The position numbers and the translations under genes were made by a program. Below the pieces are notes generated by a model. The model saw only the letters and a program-made list of their open reading frames with translations. It searched no databases and was not told the DNA's origin. This document shows positions 58,010 to 64,000 of a DNA stretch of 64,000 bases, one piece after another. The first letter of the stretch is position 1, and every line of letters starts with the position of its first letter. Where the stretch lies: assembly GCA_022824835.1 (NCBI GenBank), contig JAJDZB010000029.1, forward strand, positions 39,999 through 103,998, in the 5' to 3' direction. The stretch comes from Candidatus Poribacteria bacterium. Lineage in GTDB: Bacteria > Poribacteria > WGA-4E > WGA-3G.

Positions 58010-60561
58010 TTACCCACTATCAGTTAAGCGTGCTGTTATTTCCAAAAACTCCTGATCGTTGAATACCAATTGAAAAATACCCTTCCATCTGGAACTATCA
58101 CGCACAACCATAGTACCCGCAGCATTAAATGCCCCCTCAAGCGTTTCCAATACTTTACGTTTATATTCGGTATCAAGATTACCACTGAGATGTTGTCCTT
58201 TCGTATCAAAAATCAACACGCGGGTCAAACCGTTTACCTCGTTTGTCATTGCAACGAAATCAGGATAGATTCGTCCCTGTTTCCACCCCTGCAGGTAATA
58301 CTCACCACGTTGGCGTGCTGCCACACGATACCACCATTGCAATGCGCGTTCCTCATCAAGGTAGTAGGCAAATTGCTTTTCCAAATCACTATCAAACTGT
58401 TTCTCAAAAATCGGTTCAAATAGGCTTAATTGCACTGGTTCAAAATTATTCAGAAGTGGTCTATCATTATCAGGATTGACTTGTATCTCATAATTATCTA
58501 CCATCCGATAATTGCGTTCTTGTGTTTCCAAGTCAAAACGGATTTCTCCGTGTTCAAGCTTTCTGCGAAAGATCTCCTCTGCTTGCTTTTCTACTTCAGT
58601 TTTTACATGCTCTCGCAACACATGTGCAAGGTATGAACGTCTATCGTAAATGTCCGCCTCGGTTTCACCGTCTGCAATAAGCCGTTTGCTCATCTCCTGT
58701 GCAATACGTGCTGCTTGCCACAAGTTCGGCACAATATCCGACAAGCGGCGTGCAAAATCAGAAATACTAACCCGCTTTTCAACGTACGGTTCTTGATCAG
58801 TATGGAAAACAAGTAATTCCTCACCCACATCAACCGTAGCAGATTGTCGTCTTACGTTTTGCGGAGCGGATGCATTCGGATCAGGCGGTTCAATTGCTGC
58901 CCAGTCTATACAAGGTAAGATATGCGCCTGATAATTGAGATGAATCCACGCATCGCCATTTTTATGGAGCACAACAGGAAGATAGATATCTTTGCTTCTG
59001 AATTCTTGACGCCGTTTAACTTTTTGAGGTTGTGAACCGTCTTGCTGCGTTGTTCCTGAAGCACTCATGACTTCGTCACTCAAGCCTGTGAGTCCTTCCG
59101 ATTCCAAGCCATGCTTAACTTGTTGGACTACAGTAGCGACATCAGTGTTATTGCAATAGACATAGCATTGGTTCAACGGTTCTCTATCGGTCAGTTGTGC
59201 GTGCGGTTGCCGCATCACGCGCCCGACAAGCTGCGTAATCGCCCTTTGTGCTTGCGTGTTGTCTAACATCACTAACAGATATGCAAACGGACAATCCCAA
59301 CCCTCCATAAGTGCAGATTTTGTGATTATCCACCGCACCTGTGAATACGCTGATAGTAGATCTTCACGTCCGAGTTCATCGTTCTCAGCAGACTTCACAC
59401 GCACTGCATCAGACGGTACATGCAAAGTCTGTGTGAGATATTCGCGGACATCTTCAGCATGAATATGTTTATTATCTCGCTGATCTTTACCCGTTCGCTC
59501 CACACGGACAACAGCAATCGGACGGATATACCGTCCCGTGTTGTTTTCAAGTGCCTTTGCTTCTACATCAAGCCGTTCAAGTTCATCAACTGCTTGACTT
59601 AACGTCAGTTCCCATTCTGCGTTTGGAAATGAAGTTACCTGTACCGGTAACTTTATCATCTCTTCCTTTTTTAAATCAGGACCATCTATATCAACAAGCA
59701 GATTGCTAATGCCGCGGTTCGGTGTTGCGGAGAGTTCAATCACCATGCGTGGGTCAAGTCTACTGATGGATCGTGCAAATTCTTCATTTGCATCACGACT
59801 TCTTGCACCATACGCCTTATGTGCTTCGTCCAAAACAACGATAGGACGTAATATCTTAAACACATTAAAAAGACTCTGTTTGACGTATTTATCTTTCCCT
59901 CCGTTTCCAGATCGGGATATTCGTTTCGCAGACGGGCATCACCGAAGATGTCATCACTGTCAGGGAAAAAACTGTGATATTTCCCTGTATTCCTGAACAT
60001 ACGTAAGAACTCTTTACCTTTTCGTCGATTTGCTGCGGGTAACATCAGCAGCATGACGCACAGATAATTGTTTATATCGTCTCTGCTGAAAGTATCCTCT
60101 TTTTCCAGCATTTTGACGCGCCCGGCAGCTGCCCGTTGCAACATTTTTCGGTAAGGGTGTTCCTTATTCCACAAGGCAGCTTTCGTTTGCGCGTAGATTG
60201 CTTTAGTTGGCACAATCCACAAGACTAAACCTCTTTGCCAAGGGACATGTTCTAATGCAGCGGCAGCGAGTAAGGTTTTACCGCCACCTGTCGGCACTTT
60301 AAAGCAGATATGTGGAATTGGTCGGTTTGCGTCATCGGTGCGGTCTACGTATTCACCTGCAGTTGCTGCAACCTCACCTTTTTCTTTTAACTTTTGCCAA
60401 GCAGATCTCGGATAATTGCGTAACGCCTCGGGAACATCGACTGATGTTTGTTCTAATGCTGCAATCGCAGTTTCTAACTCATGTTGTGTGTTTTCAAGCG
60501 TTTCTAACCAACGGGTGAATGCATCAAGTGCGTTGCGTTGATATACTTTTAATTCCATCAT
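58010..60561 (-). pseudogene. res: Type III restriction enzyme Res subunit (SF2 helicase-nuclease) with its reading frame broken between helicase motifs I and II.
   Basis: ORF 59740-60561 carries motif I 'FKVPTGGGKTLLAAA'. ORF 58010-59863 carries motif II 'VVLDEAHKAY' and motif III 'IELSATP'. Both frames are open over 59740-59943, and the switch is most plausibly at the GGAGGGAAAG run (plus strand 59894-59903). Confidence 0.55.
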
Positions 60562-60626
60562 GATGTTTTACTTTTGGTTTTCGTTTGAATCGTGAATTAT
60601 TGGGATTTTAGGATAAAGAATAAAAG

Positions 60627-60651
60627 AACCCCTACCTTTATGGTAGGGGTG
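60627..60651. repeat. Perfect 9-bp stem hairpin (GGTAGGGG family) between the small basic-protein gene and res.
   Basis: acccctacc-ttta-tggtaggggt, flanked by T-rich sequence on the minus strand. It is either an intrinsic terminator/attenuator or a REP-like unit. Confidence 0.4.
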
Positions 60652-60680
60652 TTGTCAACTATAGTATATTTGAAACTGTC

Positions 60681-60965
60681 CTACTTTTTTTTGGTTTTAA
60701 TTGCATCGGTTGGCACGTCATTGGATCCGAGTGGATGCGATAGACGGTATTTCGCCCCTCGTGCTCTTTGAATAGCACCTCCAGAAGCATCAACAAGTCT
60801 GTAAAAATCTGATAAAAGTTGTGCATCAACTTTGGGATTTTTTTTGATAGTGGCTGCGTCAATATTTCGGTTGATAGTTCTACTCTTTTTAACACTTTGT
60901 TGAGTAGGTTTTTTGGTAGTTGCCTTAACATTTGAAGTGGCCAAAGCGTGGTGTAAGCCCTTCAT
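60681..60965 (-). CDS. Small basic Lys-rich protein.
   Basis: It is 94 aa and ends ...AIKTKKK. An overlapping alternative frame (60659-60931) is also open, so frame and existence are uncertain. Confidence 0.25.
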   Translation of the reverse strand: MKGLHHALATSNVKATTKKPTQQSVKKSRTINRNIDAATIKKNPKVDAQLLSDFYRLVDASGGAIQRARGAKYRLSHPLGSNDVPTDAIKTKKK

Positions 60966-60980
60966 TATTCTTCTCCTTTT

Positions 60981-61844
60981 TTAGAAATATTCTCGCGTAT
61001 GAATAAATAAACTAAGTTCTTCTCTCTGCATATAATCTTTGAGCAATCCTACATAATCATCAAGAGCAGACAAAAGATCTGGATTATTTTCAATTTTTTC
61101 GATTCTTAAACGCAGGTTTTCCGATTTAGAGGTTAGAGTGTCTCTGGTAATCATGCGTCCGTGAGACCGCCATTTTTTATTGTCACTCAGGATTTCAGCA
61201 ATTTCTTCAGCTCTCTCTCGTTTTTTCTTTTTAGGAACAGATTTTCCTGTAGACTTGTCGATCCAATCCTTGAATTTATATTCGGAAAGCCAATTCGTCA
61301 AAAGATCGTGTGATAACTTACGGGCTTGTTCAAACTGGTAGAGTTCACCCGGGTCAAGATTGTTGAGTAGCATGAGTTCCACTGTGTTCAACTGCCCTTT
61401 CTCCGCTTTATCATACAGTCGCTGATATTGGTTCAAATATGACAGAGCGGGGACAAACTTTCCATCCTTCTCAATTTGAGGATCAATAGGTCCTAAGCAT
61501 GAAGAGTCACTCATAAAGATCTGGTCTCCCGCCATCACGAATACTGTGCCTGCGGACATCGCCCTGTCAGGAATAATAAAGAGAACTTCTTTGTAGTGTT
61601 TACGGATAACATGTACCATACGTTCTACTACTTCAACATACCCCCCTGTTGTGTCTAATACAATTGCTATTCTGTCTTTTTGATCTTGGAATAACTTTAT
61701 TGCATTTTTCACTATATTTTCTAAACCGGACCACATTGGACTAAAAATTGTGACAACATCAGCATCAAGAGTTTGTTCAATTTTTTCAAGATATAAGTTC
61801 AGATGTGTTCGTGTATGACGATGAACAGGTCGTAATAACTCCAA
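60981..61844 (-). CDS. ClpP-fold serine peptidase of the SDH (serine dehydrogenase proteinase, PF01972-like) family.
   Basis: 'IAIVLDTTGGYVEVVERMVHVIRKHYKEVLFIIPDRAMSAGTVFVMAGDQIFMSDSSCLGPIDPQI' parallels the SDH consensus (ILHTPGG...VPHYAMSGGTLIALAADEIVM...LGPVDPQL). Confidence 0.55.
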   Translation of the reverse strand: MELLRPVHRHTRTHLNLYLEKIEQTLDADVVTIFSPMWSGLENIVKNAIKLFQDQKDRIAIVLDTTGGYVEVVERMVHVIRKHYKEVLFIIPDRAMSAGTVFVMAGDQIFMSDSSCLGPIDPQIEKDGKFVPALSYLNQYQRLYDKAEKGQLNTVELMLLNNLDPGELYQFEQARKLSHDLLTNWLSEYKFKDWIDKSTGKSVPKKKKRERAEEIAEILSDNKKWRSHGRMITRDTLTSKSENLRLRIEKIENNPDLLSALDDYVGLLKDYMQREELSLFIHTREYF

Positions 61845-61993
61845 AAGTTATTTCCTTGAACTACAATTTTAATTTGCCATTTTTCATATTATACCCTAAA
61901 AAAAATAATTTCACAACAAGAATATCTAAAAGTATAATTTTCAAGTCAAAACTAACTTTTTTGTCATTTCGCTTCTATCATATTGAGGCATTC

Positions 61994-63607
61994 TTACCTT
62001 TCATGCAATGCATCCGGTAGCTGACAAAAAATAATACCCATTCCCGTAAGTTCACGTTGCCCGATGTATTTCCCCGCCGCATACACAATCGCCTTTCTAC
62101 CATTTGCACCGCACGCATCGCGGATACGTTCTGCTCGCTCCAAGTTGAGTACCGCATCATCACTACGTAGATAATCAAGGTCAGGTTTGTAAAGTAGGTA
62201 GTAGTCATATTCGTCATCGTTGTAAAAAAATCCATCGCTGTTCTGTGAATCTAACGTATCCGATCCTATAGCATTCCCAGATTTCGTTAACAATAGATTT
62301 GCGGCAAGGGCAGAGAATTCGGGCAAACCTTCTCCAGTAAGCATCGTTTCAACCTCAATCGGTTTGCCCAAAGTGCAGTAAGTAAAAGAACCGCCTAACC
62401 CTTCGCGCAATGCATCGTCACTGGCATCGGGAACACCGTTGATAACGCGGCGGACACGTTCTGCGGTGATGGTATCTGCATAACCTTCACATTCAATAAG
62501 GATAAATTTACGATTACCACCATCTTCTTTGTTGAGGGAAAGAACAGCGTGTGCTGTTGTTCCACTACCTGCAAAGGAGTCAAGGACAATATCTTCATTC
62601 TTGGTGCAGAGTGAAATCAACTCCTTTATCAGTAATGATGGTTTAGGATAAGGGAATTGGTTTGACCTCATGATGTTTTTTAATTCAATACTTCCATGGG
62701 CAGTAGTTCTAACTATTTCAGAATTCAACATGGATGGGTAGGCTGTATACGTTTCAGTTCCAGCAGGTATAATTCTATATGCCTCAATACGACCATCAGA
62801 GTGTTGTTCAAAAACAACTAAATCATTCTCAATGAGTTGTTGCATTGTAGATTGAGCAACTCTCCAACGACCTTCAGTACCGTCTGGTCTTATAGGAAAT
62901 ATATCACCGAATTCGGATGAGTGAACAGGATAATACATAGTAGGTCTATCTTCTCTCCGATCTCCTTGTCCCCATTGTCTTAATCTCTCTCTTGAGTCTG
63001 TTTCTCTAACTCTCACCTCTTCTCTGAATGCTATTGATGTGATGTCTTTAGCATATACGATTATATGCTCATGAAGTTTTGATGTGTTTCTTGATGTTGC
63101 TCCACGTCCTAACCGCGATCGCCAGACAAATGACTCAATAAAGTTCTGCTCAAAGAATATTTCATCCATCAACATCCGCAAATGATGTACTTCATTATCA
63201 TCAATAGAGATAAAGATTACCCCATCTTCAGCAAGCAATTCTCTTAGTAGGTGCAACCTCGGCCACATCATGCAAAGCCATTTGTCATGTTTCTCAAGGT
63301 CTTCGTTGTCAACGGAGGCATTCTTTGTAAGCCAGTTTTGCATCAGCGGACTGTTCACATTGTCGTTGTATACCCATCCTTCGTTACCAGTGTTGTAGGG
63401 TGGGTCGATGTAAATACACTTGACACGATTTTTATAGCGTGGCAGTAATGCTTTTAAGGCATGCAGGTTGTCGACGTGGATAATTAGGTTGTCGTTTTCA
63501 TCTGTCGGGTTGCAGGATCGGGTTTCGTCTGTTTCAAGGGGGCGGTAGGGTACGGTGAGGTGGTGGGCATAGATGTGTTGTTTTCCTTTGAATTCCAGTG
63601 TGGGCAT
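61994..63607 (-). CDS. mod: N6-adenine DNA methyltransferase, beta-class, Type III Mod-like.
   Basis: Motif IV 'CIYIDPPYNTG' precedes motif I 'VLDSFAGSGTTAHAV' (beta-class order). It is about 537 aa, and a Res-type helicase lies downstream on the same strand. Confidence 0.75.
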   Translation of the reverse strand: MPTLEFKGKQHIYAHHLTVPYRPLETDETRSCNPTDENDNLIIHVDNLHALKALLPRYKNRVKCIYIDPPYNTGNEGWVYNDNVNSPLMQNWLTKNASVDNEDLEKHDKWLCMMWPRLHLLRELLAEDGVIFISIDDNEVHHLRMLMDEIFFEQNFIESFVWRSRLGRGATSRNTSKLHEHIIVYAKDITSIAFREEVRVRETDSRERLRQWGQGDRREDRPTMYYPVHSSEFGDIFPIRPDGTEGRWRVAQSTMQQLIENDLVVFEQHSDGRIEAYRIIPAGTETYTAYPSMLNSEIVRTTAHGSIELKNIMRSNQFPYPKPSLLIKELISLCTKNEDIVLDSFAGSGTTAHAVLSLNKEDGGNRKFILIECEGYADTITAERVRRVINGVPDASDDALREGLGGSFTYCTLGKPIEVETMLTGEGLPEFSALAANLLLTKSGNAIGSDTLDSQNSDGFFYNDDEYDYYLLYKPDLDYLRSDDAVLNLERAERIRDACGANGRKAIVYAAGKYIGQRELTGMGIIFCQLPDALHER

Positions 63608-63638
63608 GGGGGATCCTTTGCAGTGGTAGAATGTATTG

Positions 63639-64000
63639 TTAATAGATCTTGTTCATATCAACATGGAAACCTGCGTTTTTCATTTCTTGTCCGAGCTTTA
63701 GTTTCCAATCTTCACTATCCATAGACACATAGACTACGCCATCAATATCTGAAGGGTTCTCTATCTCTCCTTTAAAGAGCGGACATACTCGTTCTCGTCC
63801 TAAATTTCCCATGAAATAACCGAGTTCAAAGACAACGTTTTGGCGTGCTCTGGGTTTCCTCCCGTCCTCTATCGTATCTTTTAAGGCACCAACATCGTCG
63901 GGTGTAAGCAAGACTATTGCAAAACCTGCATTGTCGGCATATTTTTCAAGTTTCTCAATAATCGTTAGGCCTTCGCTAGGTTGTTCGTGAAGGATGATTG
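63639..64000 (-). CDS. TIR-like domain protein (PF10137/COG4271-like). The 5' end is truncated at the window edge.
   Basis: The frame is open to position 64000: '...IILHEQPSEGLTIIEKLEKYADNAGFAIVLLTPDDVGALKD...PRARQNVVFELGYFMGNLGRERVCPLFKGEIENPSDIDGVVYV'. This matches the hallmark 'AVVLLTPDD...RARQNVIFELGFF...PSDxxGVxY' of the predicted nucleotide-binding TIR-like family. Confidence 0.6.
   Translation of the reverse strand, partial: IILHEQPSEGLTIIEKLEKYADNAGFAIVLLTPDDVGALKDTIEDGRKPRARQNVVFELGYFMGNLGRERVCPLFKGEIENPSDIDGVVYVSMDSEDWKLKLGQEMKNAGFHVDMNKIY

Noticed and set aside
60659-60931. An alternative-frame 90-aa ORF overlapping the small basic-protein gene.
   Set aside because: The two mutually exclusive frames cannot both be real. 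The longer 60681-60965 frame, with a Met close to the upstream gene's stop, is retained at low confidence only.

Overview
This 64 kb window looks like a contig from an uncultivated bacterium with roughly 42-45% GC and the standard genetic code (TGA, TAA and TAG are all used as stops). It is gene-dense on both strands and rich in eukaryote-like repeat proteins: three tandem two-propeller WD40 genes, two TPR proteins, and a YWTD/dockerin protein with a T9SS-type C-terminal sorting domain. Together with a PhyH-family oxygenase and a DmfA2-like protein, this is compatible with a sponge- or marine-associated candidate-phylum organism, but that is speculation. Recognisable housekeeping and metabolic genes include tsaC, tsaD, a BCCT transporter, murQ plus a BadF-type sugar kinase, HtrA/DegP, EF-G, a Zn-dependent alcohol dehydrogenase, a Rieske oxygenase, an S1/P1 nuclease and a MetE-like methyltransferase. 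The most unusual locus is at the 3' end (58.0-64.0 kb). On the minus strand it reads: TIR-like (PF10137-like) gene, Type III Mod methyltransferase, a ClpP-fold SDH-family peptidase, a small basic protein, and a Type III Res helicase-nuclease whose frame is broken between helicase motifs I and II. Mod and Res are normally adjacent, so this arrangement has not been described to my knowledge. Other points of note are listed here.
- A family of REP/REPIN-like palindromes with a GTAGG head occurs at six or more loci.
- A dispersed tandem repeat carrying an SD-ATG-like core sits in the 5' leaders of two minus-strand genes.
- A LamG gene has a TGA exactly where the conserved Trp of its LVGYWPLDG motif belongs.
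- Three secreted paralogs share a C-terminal ...K(L/A)T(T/E)TW(G/A)x(L/I)K motif.
- A short remnant of a WD40 gene follows the TPR gene.
- There is an 840 bp non-coding region flanked by inverted repeats.
- A TusA/DsrE/TusA-OsmC sulfur-carrier cluster is present.
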